NCBI GenBank assembly: GCA_938084065.1
Contig: CALKDI010000019.1
Coordinates: 1-49,578 of the forward strand
Direction of reading: 5' to 3'
Length of the DNA: 49,578 bases
Origin: an uncultured Alphaproteobacteria bacterium
GTDB lineage: Bacteria > Pseudomonadota > Alphaproteobacteria > Bin95
This document shows, in pieces, positions 1-9,386 of this stretch; the first letter of the stretch is position 1, and each line of letters opens with the position of its first letter. Position numbers and translations under genes: made by a program. Under the pieces are notes generated by a model. The model saw only the letters and a program-made list of their open reading frames with translations, had not been told where the DNA came from and made no database searches.

Positions 1-79
1 TAGTTGTTGACTGAGGGCGGCACATGCTTTTCTGAGCACAGGATCATCCCTTTCCCGAGGAAGAATCCGTCAGAAAACC

Positions 80-865
80 ATGATTTGCCGTCCTCAGCTA
101 CCGCTGTCGTGTAGTGTGCAGGAGTTCAGTGCTGCCCTGTACCGGTTCAGCCACTCCATGGTGCAAGACCAGTTTCTCGTGGTGAACCCCGACCACTCGT
201 TCCGTACTGTGCCGCTGGCCGAATGCTTCTTCAATCCGAGCTGTATCACGTCCAGCTTTGACGTGGAGAGCTTTTTGGCGGGCCTGGGCATGCAGCCATC
301 GCAAGCGTTGGATGGCAAGATCGTCGATGCGTTGCGCAATATGCTGTTTGTCGATTTCGGAGCGTTTGGAATTGACCTGCTGGCGATTAATCTGCAACGG
401 GGCCGCGACCACGGGCTGCCGGGCTATTTGGAGTTGCGGGAAGCCCTCGGGCTAGGACCGCTTTCTCTCCCTGTCGCGTTGACGGATGCCTATGGCGGCA
501 CTGATATCGACCTGTTGATGGGGGCGTTGATGGAAGAGCCATACCGCGATTCCATCGTTGGCGAGACGATGCATTGGGTATTGTCCGACCAATTTGAGCG
601 GCTGCGCAGTGGTGACCGTTTCTGGTATGAAAACCAGGACTTTGACATGGCAGGCACCCCGGTATTCGGAGCAAACCTTGTTGACTGGCTAAACCAACAA
701 ACCCTCGGCGATTTGATCCATCGCAACACCGGGATCAGCGCGATGCCAGCAAGCGTATTTTCCACCGAAGGCGCCAGCGTCATGGCCGCATCTGTACCTG
801 GCCCGGCACCGTTAGCTCTGCTGCTGCCGGCTATCGTAGCGTTGGCGCGCCGACGAACGGCTTAA
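80..865 (+). CDS. Animal-type haem peroxidase, C-terminal half only, with PEP-CTERM/VPLPA-CTERM-like sorting tail (likely 5'-truncated remnant)
   Basis: Motifs QEFSAALYRFSHSM (proximal-His region), LAINLQRGRDHGLPGY and RFWYEN match the second half of the haem peroxidase domain. The distal-His half is absent, and all three forward frames have stops within nt 1-14. The tail VPGPAPLALLLPAIVALARRRTA is a short motif, a hydrophobic helix and an Arg cluster. Confidence 0.6.
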   Translation: MICRPQLPLSCSVQEFSAALYRFSHSMVQDQFLVVNPDHSFRTVPLAECFFNPSCITSSFDVESFLAGLGMQPSQALDGKIVDALRNMLFVDFGAFGIDLLAINLQRGRDHGLPGYLELREALGLGPLSLPVALTDAYGGTDIDLLMGALMEEPYRDSIVGETMHWVLSDQFERLRSGDRFWYENQDFDMAGTPVFGANLVDWLNQQTLGDLIHRNTGISAMPASVFSTEGASVMAASVPGPAPLALLLPAIVALARRRTA

Positions 866-880
866 GGCCTTTCGGGTCCG

Positions 881-2050
881 CTAGGACAGCTCTGCGATTT
901 CGGCCTCACTGAACCCTGCCTCGCGCAACACATCCGCCGTGTGTTCACCCGGCGATGGCGGCAGGCGGTTGAAATGAGGGCCGCCATGCGCGAAGGCATA
1001 GCCGGCCCCCATTAGCTTCACACCCTCGACTTCATGCATGCCGGATGGGCGATAGGCGTGCTGCGGGTGCTCAACGGCTTCTGGGATGTTCCAGATCTTG
1101 GAGCAGGGGCAGCCAGCCGTGTTGAGCCGCTCGTCCCACTCGGCAGCCGTGCCAGTCGCAAACACCTCGTTCAGGATGGCGCGAAGGGCTGTGGCATTGT
1201 CCCTCCGGGCATCCCAGTCAATGAACCGGGGGTCGGTGAGCAGGTCGGGGCGGTCCAGCACTTTGGCCAAAATTTCATATTGACCGTTGGTGTTGCAGGC
1301 CAACAGGAAGTGGCCGTCCTTGGCCTGGAACAAATCAGCGGTGGCTCTGCGGCTGACGGCCATGTTGCCGTACTGGACCGGGCGAAACCCCGTAAACGTC
1401 CAGTCCGCAACTGCTGGCGAGAGAAAGCTCAGCGCAGAATCCAGCATGGAGACGTCGACTAATTGGCCCTTGCCGGTCTGGCCGCGTTGGAACAGGGCCG
1501 AGGCCACGGCAAACGCAGCGGTCATGCCAGCGGCAGCATCTACCACGGCAAATCCTGCGCGGGTCGGGCCATTTTCAGGGTAGCCGGTGACCGACATGAT
1601 GCCGCTAACCGCTTGGATCTTGCCGTCATAGGCCGGCGTTTTTGCCTCTGGCCCGACCCGGCCAAAGCCAGAGACCGCGGCATAGATCAGGTTTGGGTTG
1701 ATCTGGCTGAGCGCATCCCAGCCAATGCCCAGGCGATCCATCACGCCGGGGCGAAAGTTCTCCATGACCACATCGACATTCGCTGCCAACCGTTTAACCG
1801 CAGCAATGGCTTTCGGATCTTTCAGATCCAGGCAGATGCCGCGCTTGTTGCCGTTTGCGGCCATAAACATCGGCGATGTCTGGTCACCTTTCGGGCCGAT
1901 CTTACCGTTGTTCATGCGCATTTCCTCACCACCAGGCTTCTCCACCTTGATGACGTCGGCGCCCAGCATTGCCAGTTGGAAGCTGGCATAGGGGCCGGCG
2001 AAAACTTGCGTGAAATCCAGGATACGTATGCCGGTAAAGGGTTGAGTCAT
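881..2050 (-). CDS. Family III CoA-transferase (CaiB/BaiF family)
   Basis: 389 aa. N-terminus GIRILDFTQVFAGPYASFQLAMLGADVIKVE is the typical family III CoA-transferase Rossmann-like start. Confidence 0.85.
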   Translation of the reverse strand: MTQPFTGIRILDFTQVFAGPYASFQLAMLGADVIKVEKPGGEEMRMNNGKIGPKGDQTSPMFMAANGNKRGICLDLKDPKAIAAVKRLAANVDVVMENFRPGVMDRLGIGWDALSQINPNLIYAAVSGFGRVGPEAKTPAYDGKIQAVSGIMSVTGYPENGPTRAGFAVVDAAAGMTAAFAVASALFQRGQTGKGQLVDVSMLDSALSFLSPAVADWTFTGFRPVQYGNMAVSRRATADLFQAKDGHFLLACNTNGQYEILAKVLDRPDLLTDPRFIDWDARRDNATALRAILNEVFATGTAAEWDERLNTAGCPCSKIWNIPEAVEHPQHAYRPSGMHEVEGVKLMGAGYAFAHGGPHFNRLPPSPGEHTADVLREAGFSEAEIAELS

Positions 2051-2147
2051 GGCTTGGCCGCGCCTCTCGCGTTGAACGGTTTGAAACTCGCGCTATGCTG
2101 CCTGTCACACTTCCCTAATACGTTCCCAAATACAAGGCGAGGAAAGC

Positions 2148-3299
2148 ATGAGTGGTCCACTAACAGGCGTGAAAGTCGTAGAATTTGCAGGTATCGGGCC
2201 GGGCCCGTTCGCCTGCATGATGCTGGCCGATATGGGTGCGGAGGTTATCCGTGTCGACCGAGCCATGAATGTCGGTAAGGAAGGGTCGGTCGACCCGAAG
2301 TATAACAATCTGCTGCGTGGCCGGAAAAACATTGCCATCGACCTGAAAAACCCAGCAGGCGTCGAGCTGGCGCTGCAATTGTGCGAGAAAGCCGACATCT
2401 TGATCGAGGGGTTCCGCCCTGGTGTGATGGAGCGTCTGGGCCTCGGCCCGGATGTGGTATTCGCGCGCAACAAAAAAATCGTCTTTGGCCGTATGACCGG
2501 CTGGGGTCAGGATGGGCCGATAGCGCACACTGCCGGCCATGACATCAACTACATCTCGCTGTCGGGCGCGCTACACTCTATCGGCCCGATTGACGGCCCG
2601 CCAGTGCCACCACTGAACCTGGTCGGCGACTTCGGCGGCGGCGCGCTGTACATGGTCGTGGGGGCGCTCGCAGCCTATATTGAGGCGCAGAAATCGGGCC
2701 AAGGCCAGGTGGTTGACACCTCCATGGTGGAAGGCTCTGCCAGCTTGATGAGCAGCATGTACGGCGTTTTTGCTGCTGGTCTTTGGGACGACCGACGCGG
2801 CTACAACCGCCTGGATGGCGGCGCGCACTATTACGGACCCTATGAGTGCAAGGACGGCAAGTACGTCTCCATCGGGTCGATTGAGCCGCAATTCTATGCG
2901 TTGTTGCTGGAGAAAACTGGGTTGAAGGGCAAGGACATTCCTGATCAGCTCGATCGTTCGTCCTGGCCGATCAACCGGGATACCTTGACGGAAGTGTTCC
3001 TGACCAAGACCCGCGCTGAATGGACGGAGCTGATGGAGGATTCAGACATCTGCTTTGGCCAGGTGCTATCTATGGGCGAGGCGATGGAGCACCCGCACAA
3101 CGTGGCCCGCGGCACCTTTATCGAGGTGGATGGCATTAAGCAGCCGGGCCCAGCGCCAAAGTTCCAGCGCACTCCATCGAAAGTACCGATGGGTGTGGCC
3201 TATGCCGGTGAGCACTCGAAAGATGGTTTGACCGATTGGGGCTACAGCGCAGCCGAAGTGGCCAAGCTAGAGGCTGACGGCGCGATCAAGCAGCGCTAA
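2148..3299 (+). CDS. Alpha-methylacyl-CoA racemase-like family III CoA-transferase
   Basis: MSGPLTGVKVVEFAGIGPGPFACMMLADMGAEVIRVDR closely resembles Mcr/AMACR N-termini. 383 aa, with SD GAGGAAAG just upstream of the ATG. Confidence 0.8.
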   Translation: MSGPLTGVKVVEFAGIGPGPFACMMLADMGAEVIRVDRAMNVGKEGSVDPKYNNLLRGRKNIAIDLKNPAGVELALQLCEKADILIEGFRPGVMERLGLGPDVVFARNKKIVFGRMTGWGQDGPIAHTAGHDINYISLSGALHSIGPIDGPPVPPLNLVGDFGGGALYMVVGALAAYIEAQKSGQGQVVDTSMVEGSASLMSSMYGVFAAGLWDDRRGYNRLDGGAHYYGPYECKDGKYVSIGSIEPQFYALLLEKTGLKGKDIPDQLDRSSWPINRDTLTEVFLTKTRAEWTELMEDSDICFGQVLSMGEAMEHPHNVARGTFIEVDGIKQPGPAPKFQRTPSKVPMGVAYAGEHSKDGLTDWGYSAAEVAKLEADGAIKQR

Positions 3300-3368
3300 C
3301 GAGAAACGCCGCCGCCACCGGAGCATATGCTTACTCTGGCGGCTGCGGCGCGATCTCGACGTTACGCG

Positions 3369-3806
3369 TTATTGGTGGGGGATTTTGCCGTCGCGCAAGC
3401 CTTGCATGCGCTGGGTCACAGGGTCATCCGGCTTGGTTTGCACGACGATCTGAGTCTGGGTGACCTCCGCGCATTTCTTGCCATTGGCGTCGGTCACGAC
3501 CGTGCGCCAAACTTGCGTCGTACGGCCCACATGTACCGGAGTGCAGTCGCCAACCAACTTGCCGACAGAAGCGCCGCGCAGGAAATTGGTCTTGGATTCC
3601 AACGTGCTGGTACGGCAGTTGTCCGGCAAATTCATGATGGCGCCGCGTGCGCCCAGCGTGTCGGCGAAGGCCATGTAGATGCCGCCATGGACGGCGCCGT
3701 TGCCGTTGGAGTGTTCCGGCCCGGCATCCATCTCTGCCAGAACGCGGGTCTTGGAGACCTCGACAAAGCGAATGCCGAGGGCCTTGATAAAGTTATCCGC
3801 GGTCAT
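3369..3806 (-). CDS. PaaI-family hotdog-fold acyl-CoA thioesterase
   Basis: 145 aa. NGNGAVHGGIYMAFADTLGA matches the PaaI/4HBT-II motif. Its ATG overlaps the hemY stop (ATGA). Confidence 0.8.
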   Translation of the reverse strand: MTADNFIKALGIRFVEVSKTRVLAEMDAGPEHSNGNGAVHGGIYMAFADTLGARGAIMNLPDNCRTSTLESKTNFLRGASVGKLVGDCTPVHVGRTTQVWRTVVTDANGKKCAEVTQTQIVVQTKPDDPVTQRMQGLRDGKIPHQ

Positions 3807-5251
3807 GACTGGGCCTCTTTCTTCGCTTCGCCAACAGGCTCTGCGATTGCCTCCACGACGATCGGAGCTGATGCCGTCGTGTCATTTGCGACAACCGCTG
3901 GAGCTAAAGCTGTACTGCTAGCCGATGCAGAGGCCTCCAACACCCTCGGTGCGTGCTGCTCCACATGGTAGGGAACGCGCCAGTCCAGCGTGCCGAACAA
4001 CTGGCTGGCCTGGCACACCGTCGACCAATCCGACTGCACAGCGCCGGTTTCGACGCAAACCCAGGCCTCATCCGGTGCGGCGGATGCTGCTCTGGCCAGC
4101 CAATCCCGTGCTGCCTCACGATTGTTGCGGCCCTCAGCCTCGATCTGCGCCATCAGATGACAGACGCGAACCGATGGATCGCGGCGGGTCAACGGGGCCA
4201 GAGCGGCCTCCGCATCGTTCCAGCGATCTGCTGCGATGGCGAACCGGGCCACTAAGATATGGCTGTCAGCAGCGTTCGGGTTGAGGCCGGCGAGGCCACG
4301 AGCAAGGTCCAGCTGCTTTTCTGGTGAGACCGTGTCGACGACGCCGCGGAAGGAATCGACCAGCATGGGATGCGGTGTGGACCGCCAGGCATCCTTCAGC
4401 ACTTTTTCCGCGCGGCCACGGCGATTGTTGGCAATTTGCATCAGTGCCAGTTGCGCCACAGCGGGCACCAAAGCCGGGTTGGCCTTGTAGGCCACGAGGG
4501 CGGCATCCAAGCCGGCTATGGTATCGCCGGCAGCAGCGGCTGTCCGGCTGCGCTCCACATTGATCAGGGCGCGGGCCTCTTTCGCTTGTTCCGGCGTGCG
4601 CAGTTTGCGTTTGGCCAGCGTTTCTAGCGACTGGTTAGCGGCATCCCATTGGCCTAGGCGGGCCTGCAACGTCAATTGCGCTTCTAGCACCCAGGCGGCA
4701 TTTGGCTGTTCAGCATGTGCTTGGTCAACGAAGTGCAGGGCCTCGCGAGTGCGGCCGTCCTTCATGGCCTGCATCCATAGGCCACGCAGGCCTAGGAACG
4801 CCGTATCGGGAGTTTCCGCCAACTTGGTGAAATAGGAGTGTGCGGCTTGCTCATCGCCTTCCAATTGCGCGGTCTGCGCAGCCAGCAGGGTCGCGAGCGG
4901 TTGGTTGGGGACCAGTTGCGCGGCACGCTTTGATTGCCTGCGCGCTTCCTCCCGGTCGCCAGCGGCAATCGCTACCAAACCCATAGAGATCGCGTGTTGG
5001 CCACGCTCACGGCGGGATCGGCTTTGGCGAGCCGCGATTTTCCAGGGCGCACGAAGCACCAATCCCAGCAGCCAGATACCGACCACGATGATCAGCACCA
5101 GTAGCGCCACCATTGCGACGCCCCAGGCTACGGACTCATTGATGTCCAGCCCTTGCCATGAAATGGCGATGGTGCCGTTGTTGTCCATAAGCCAATTGGC
5201 GGCGAAGATGATCGCACCAAAGACGACGAAGATGAAGATAGCGCGAATCAT
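3803..5251 (-). CDS. hemY: HemY-like haem-biosynthesis-associated TPR membrane protein
   Basis: Two N-terminal TM helices followed by a basic stretch (PWKIAARQSRSRRERG) and Ala-rich TPR-like repeats. It sits last in the hemC-hemD-Mic60-like-hemY order typical of alphaproteobacteria. Confidence 0.8.
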   Translation of the reverse strand: MIRAIFIFVVFGAIIFAANWLMDNNGTIAISWQGLDINESVAWGVAMVALLVLIIVVGIWLLGLVLRAPWKIAARQSRSRRERGQHAISMGLVAIAAGDREEARRQSKRAAQLVPNQPLATLLAAQTAQLEGDEQAAHSYFTKLAETPDTAFLGLRGLWMQAMKDGRTREALHFVDQAHAEQPNAAWVLEAQLTLQARLGQWDAANQSLETLAKRKLRTPEQAKEARALINVERSRTAAAAGDTIAGLDAALVAYKANPALVPAVAQLALMQIANNRRGRAEKVLKDAWRSTPHPMLVDSFRGVVDTVSPEKQLDLARGLAGLNPNAADSHILVARFAIAADRWNDAEAALAPLTRRDPSVRVCHLMAQIEAEGRNNREAARDWLARAASAAPDEAWVCVETGAVQSDWSTVCQASQLFGTLDWRVPYHVEQHAPRVLEASASASSTALAPAVVANDTTASAPIVVEAIAEPVGEAKKEAQS

Positions 5252-6453
5252 TGCGAAGCCTCGCTAATACCGGCAAGCACGGATTGGTCCCAAGTCGCCA
5301 CAGCGGCGGTAGCATCACGGCGCGCGGTCAGCGCCTTGCGCCATTCCACTACAGCCGGCACCTGTTCGGCAATTGGCGCAACCGCCGCGTCTGCCGCCTC
5401 CAAGTCGCCCGCAGCCAGTGCTTTTTGGGCGGCACGCAGAGCATCGGCAACGGGATCAGTTCCCAAAACAGGTTTATCGTCCAGTCGAACTCCCTTTAAC
5501 AGCGAATTGACGGCGCTGTCGGCCCACTTGCTGCCAGTTTCTACGGTGCTGGCCTGACGATGGTTCTTCTGGATAGCCGTCATGGACTGGCTAAGCGCAG
5601 TCGCTGTCGGAATGCCAGTGCTGGCATAAGCAGCCCAGCCGGTATCTGTTGGTAGGTTGGCAGCCCCTTGGACACTGGCCTGCACTCGCTTCAACGGGCC
5701 AGAGAACGCGCTGCCTGCATCGATCAGGCGGCGCAGTTCCGCCAGAGCCACCAATTGTTCTGCCACACGAGCTGGTTGGGCCCGCTTAATCCAGGTTTCG
5801 ATCTTGGTGAGACGTTGATCCAGGCCTGCCACCTGACCATCAAGCGTCCCGAGCCGATCCGATGCTGCGGCGGCGTCCTGCGTCTGCTTTGTTGTCAGGG
5901 AGCCTAGCGCTGTGTCGGTGGCGGCAGCTTGGCCTGTCACAGAGGCGATGGCTTGATCAGCCGTGTCAATCCGCTCCGATAAGGCAGCTGTCGATTGCGT
6001 CACCTGCTCGGTCAATGCTGCTTGCTTGTCCGCCTGGCTGCTCAGCCGCGCATCAACGGTGGTCACGCGCACCGCCACTTGCTGACCAATCGCAGCGACA
6101 CCGGCGGCGTTCTCTGACATGCGGCTGTTGAGTTCGGCGGTGTCTGCTTCCAAACGGTCGACGGTGGCAGGATCAGCAAATGTCGGGATCTTGGCCAATT
6201 CCTCGACGCGGTTGGCTAGGGCTGTCATGCGCTCGCTTTGGCCAGCGCGTTCAATGGCACCTGGATCGCGGTCGCGAACTTGCTGCCATAGCCACAGCAG
6301 GCCGACGCCAAAGACAACAACCACCGCGATCAAGGCAATCCAAACGGGCTTAAACTGGCGACCGTCTGACTGACTATCGGGCGATTCTGGCTGTGGCTTG
6401 GCAGCATTATCAGCAGCGGCACTAACAGCAGACGAGGGTGAAGGACTGGTCAT
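5248..6453 (-). CDS. Mitofilin/Mic60-like inner-membrane protein (COG4223-type)
   Basis: N-terminal TM helix (WIALIAVVVVFGVGLLWLW), a long Ala/Gln-rich coiled-coil region and a conserved C-terminal domain. It lies between hemD and hemY, with an ATGA overlap with the hemY start. Confidence 0.7.
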   Translation of the reverse strand: MTSPSPSSAVSAAADNAAKPQPESPDSQSDGRQFKPVWIALIAVVVVFGVGLLWLWQQVRDRDPGAIERAGQSERMTALANRVEELAKIPTFADPATVDRLEADTAELNSRMSENAAGVAAIGQQVAVRVTTVDARLSSQADKQAALTEQVTQSTAALSERIDTADQAIASVTGQAAATDTALGSLTTKQTQDAAAASDRLGTLDGQVAGLDQRLTKIETWIKRAQPARVAEQLVALAELRRLIDAGSAFSGPLKRVQASVQGAANLPTDTGWAAYASTGIPTATALSQSMTAIQKNHRQASTVETGSKWADSAVNSLLKGVRLDDKPVLGTDPVADALRAAQKALAAGDLEAADAAVAPIAEQVPAVVEWRKALTARRDATAAVATWDQSVLAGISEASQ

Positions 6454-6462
6454 CGCCTCTTC

Positions 6463-7251
6463 TCAGGTTGGCTTCAGGGTATCGGCGTTGACCGATGTGG
6501 TGGCAGGCACGGCAGATTGCCAACGGGGGGTGACTCGCCTGCCGACGAGCCGTCCTGTCAAGCGATCTGCCTGCGGCAACGGCGCGCCCCATGCGCGGCG
6601 CCAACCATTGGCTTGGAGTATGGCAGCAATACGACGGCTCATACATAGGGCATGCGCCCGCCGTGCCTGTGGCAAGACGTCGGCAGCACGGCACGCGGCC
6701 ACAAAGGCCTTAGCAGCCCGCGCTGAATGCAGGGTGATATGCGACACCTGCTCAGCCGCGATGGCCTGACGGACTGCAGGTGCTAAGCGACGATTCGGCT
6801 CTGCTGCATAGACCGGAATCACGCGCACATCGTGTTGCGGTAACATCCGTGCGAGGTCGCGTGCGCGGTCTCGTCCGGCGCGGTACAGCAGCGGGCCTTC
6901 GGTTGCGGCGCAGGTGGCGCGCACGATTTCGGCTAGATGTCTGGCGTCGCGGGCGACCTTAATATTTTGGCAGCCAGCGGCCTTTGCCGCGCGGGCCGCG
7001 GCCTGACCAACCACAAACACCAGCAGCAATGGCGGCGGTGGCGAAACTCGAGTGAATGCGCGGGGGCTGGTCGCTAGCAAGGCTTGCACGCCGGACCAAT
7101 GCTGCGGACCTGATGTGAGTAGCACAGTGCGCAACAACGGCTGCACGAGTATGCGACGGCCACGGGCTTGTAACGCCAAGCGCAGAGCATTGTCGTCAAC
7201 GCTTTCCGGGCGGGTCAGGACGGTAATCGGGCGTCGCTGGGATTTGTGCAC
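6463..7251 (-). CDS. hemD: Uroporphyrinogen-III synthase
   Basis: Immediately downstream of hemC. ITVLTRPE...LLATSPRAF...VIPVYAAEP is consistent with the HEM4 two-lobe fold. The start is uncertain: GTG at 7251 is chosen here, while the ORF-track ATG at 7329 would overlap hemC by 49 nt. Confidence 0.7.
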   Translation of the reverse strand: MHKSQRRPITVLTRPESVDDNALRLALQARGRRILVQPLLRTVLLTSGPQHWSGVQALLATSPRAFTRVSPPPPLLLVFVVGQAAARAAKAAGCQNIKVARDARHLAEIVRATCAATEGPLLYRAGRDRARDLARMLPQHDVRVIPVYAAEPNRRLAPAVRQAIAAEQVSHITLHSARAAKAFVAACRAADVLPQARRAHALCMSRRIAAILQANGWRRAWGAPLPQADRLTGRLVGRRVTPRWQSAVPATTSVNADTLKPT

Positions 7252-7280
7252 GGAGCGCGCCGGTGACAACCGCAATGGTC

Positions 7281-8240
7281 TTATCCGGTCGAAGCGTCGC
7301 CCGGTCCTATGAGCACGTCGGGATCGCATTGGCGGCTTAGGCTCGCCCCTATGTCACGTCCAAGTTGGATGCCATCCGACCAGGTGCCGCTTCCTTCAGC
7401 CTGCCAGCTTGCAGAGCCATCAGGGCGAAGCACGCGAGCGCGAATGTGCAGCCGGCCAGAGATATCGGCGCGGGCTAACGCTGCGATGGGGGTATGGCAT
7501 GAACCGCCCAACTCAGCCAGCAAAGCGCGTTCGGCGCGCACCTCTGCCGCAGCCGATGGATCGTTCATCATGCAAAGTATGGCGAGGGCCACCATGTCAT
7601 CATCGCGGCATTGTACAGCGATGGCACCCTGTCCAGCGGCGGGCAACATTTCATCCGGGTCTAGCAGGGCGTCGATGACGTCCGCCTTGCCCAGGCGGTT
7701 CAATCCGGCGGCAGCCAGGAATGTGGCCTGAACGTCACCTGCGGCCAGTTTAGCCAGGCGGGTTTCGACATTGCCGCGCATCAGCTGAACCTGCACATCT
7801 GGCCGGGCTCGCAGCAATTGCGATTGCCGGCGCAGCGAAGCCGTGCCGATGATCGCGCCGCGCGGCAGGTCAGCGAGGGAGTTGCAGCCGGGTGCAATCA
7901 ACGCATCCCGCACATCCTCCCGCGGCAGGGTGGATGCCAATACGGTGCCAGGTGCCAGCGTGGTTTCCAGATCCTTGGCGCTGTGCACTGCCATATCGAT
8001 CTCGTTATCGACCAGCGCCCGCTCTATTTCTTTGGTGAACAGGGCTTTGCCGCCAATATCAGCCAGGCGACGATCCTGGATCTTATCGCCGGACGTGCGG
8101 ATGATGACGATTTGTGGCGCATCAGCACCGGTTAATCGCGGATCGGTTTGCGTCAGCATCGCGGCAACGGTATGAGCTTGCATCAATGCAAGCGGGCTAC
8201 CTCTGGTGCCGATGCGAAATGGTGGGCGTTCGGATGTCAT
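7281..8240 (-). CDS. hemC: Hydroxymethylbilane synthase (porphobilinogen deaminase)
   Basis: FRIGTRGSPLALMQA N-terminal signature and the LGGSCHTPIA cofactor-Cys region. Internal ATG at 8240 (MTSERPPFRIGTRGS) is preferred over the longer ORF. Confidence 0.9.
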   Translation of the reverse strand: MTSERPPFRIGTRGSPLALMQAHTVAAMLTQTDPRLTGADAPQIVIIRTSGDKIQDRRLADIGGKALFTKEIERALVDNEIDMAVHSAKDLETTLAPGTVLASTLPREDVRDALIAPGCNSLADLPRGAIIGTASLRRQSQLLRARPDVQVQLMRGNVETRLAKLAAGDVQATFLAAAGLNRLGKADVIDALLDPDEMLPAAGQGAIAVQCRDDDMVALAILCMMNDPSAAAEVRAERALLAELGGSCHTPIAALARADISGRLHIRARVLRPDGSASWQAEGSGTWSDGIQLGRDIGASLSRQCDPDVLIGPGDASTG

Positions 8241-8306
8241 GCCATCATGTGTATACGAGAGTTGCGGTGACGCAAGCGTTTCGATCAGACCAGTAGGTGC
8301 CAAAAT

Positions 8307-9386
8307 ATGGCTGTTTTAAAGGATTTGAACGTGAGCCAGATCGTGCTCGGCATCGAAACCAGCTGCGATGAGACTGCCGTTGCCTGTGTGCACAGTGATC
8401 GGACGATCCTTGCGCAAACAATCCACAGCCAACTGGATGAGCATGCGGCGTTCGGGGGCGTGGTGCCGGAAATTGCAGCGCGGGCGCACCTGCAACGGCT
8501 GCGGCCCCTGTTGGAAAAGACCTTGGCCGATGCCGCAATTCGGCCCGAGGGGTTGAGCGCTATTGCGGCAACCACTGGCCCCGGCCTGATCGGCGGGGTG
8601 ATCGTCGGCGCGACAATGGCTAAGGCCTTGGCGTTTGCCTGGGACAAACCTTTCATCGCGGTCAACCATCTGGAGGGGCACGCGCTGTCAGCCCGCCTGT
8701 CGGACGACGTCGCGTTTCCGTACCTGTTGCTGTTGGTGTCCGGCGGGCATTGCCAGTTGTTGGCCGTCGCCGGTGTTGGCGACTATCGGGTCTATGGCAC
8801 CACCTTAGACGATGCGTTGGGTGAGGCGTTTGACAAGACCGCGCGGGTGATGGGGCTAGGATATCCCGGTGGGCCGGCTGTTGAGCGTCTGGCGCTAGGC
8901 GGTGACTCGACCCGTTTCGCCCTGCCTCGACCACTGTCTGGCCGGGCCGGCTGTGACTTTTCCTTCGCCGGGCTCAAAACCGCCGTCCGTCAGGCGGTCG
9001 AGCGGCTGCCAGCGGGCGCGGCGGATGATCAGGACGCCGCCGATCTCTGTGCCAGTTTCCAGGCAGCCTGTGGCGATATTTTGGCGGAGCGGTGTGGCCA
9101 CGCGATGGAGCGCTTTGCTCATGAATTTGGTACGTGTGAGCGGCTTGTGGTTGCTGGCGGCGTCGCAGCAAACCAAGCGCTTCGCGGCCGCCTGCGGGAT
9201 ACGGCGGAAGCATTCGGTGCCGATCTGATCGCGCCGCCGCCAGCGCTCTGCACTGACAATGCAGCGATGATTGCCTGGGCGGGGCTAGAGCGTTTTCAAG
9301 CAGGGCAGCGCGACAGCTTGGACGTTTCGCCACGACCGCGCTGGCCACTGGACGGTGCCGACATGCGGCTGGTAACACCCGTCTAA
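8307..9386 (+). CDS. tsaD: tRNA N6-adenosine threonylcarbamoyltransferase
   Basis: [13 protein letters not shown] and VNHLEGHAL motifs of Kae1/TsaD. Divergent from hemC, as in many alphaproteobacteria. Confidence 0.92.
   Translation: MAVLKDLNVSQIVLGIETSCDETAVACVHSDRTILAQTIHSQLDEHAAFGGVVPEIAARAHLQRLRPLLEKTLADAAIRPEGLSAIAATTGPGLIGGVIVGATMAKALAFAWDKPFIAVNHLEGHALSARLSDDVAFPYLLLLVSGGHCQLLAVAGVGDYRVYGTTLDDALGEAFDKTARVMGLGYPGGPAVERLALGGDSTRFALPRPLSGRAGCDFSFAGLKTAVRQAVERLPAGAADDQDAADLCASFQAACGDILAERCGHAMERFAHEFGTCERLVVAGGVAANQALRGRLRDTAEAFGADLIAPPPALCTDNAAMIAWAGLERFQAGQRDSLDVSPRPRWPLDGADMRLVTPV

Noticed and set aside
3309-3345. GC-rich imperfect inverted repeat between the convergent racemase-like and paaI genes as a bidirectional terminator
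   Set aside because: The arms pair only with bulges and mismatches when aligned by hand. I could not establish a convincing stem without a folding program.
3327-3971. 214-aa plus-strand ORF overlapping the paaI and hemY 3' region
   Set aside because: It is a shadow ORF opposite two well-supported minus-strand genes that are translationally coupled, and it has no motif support.
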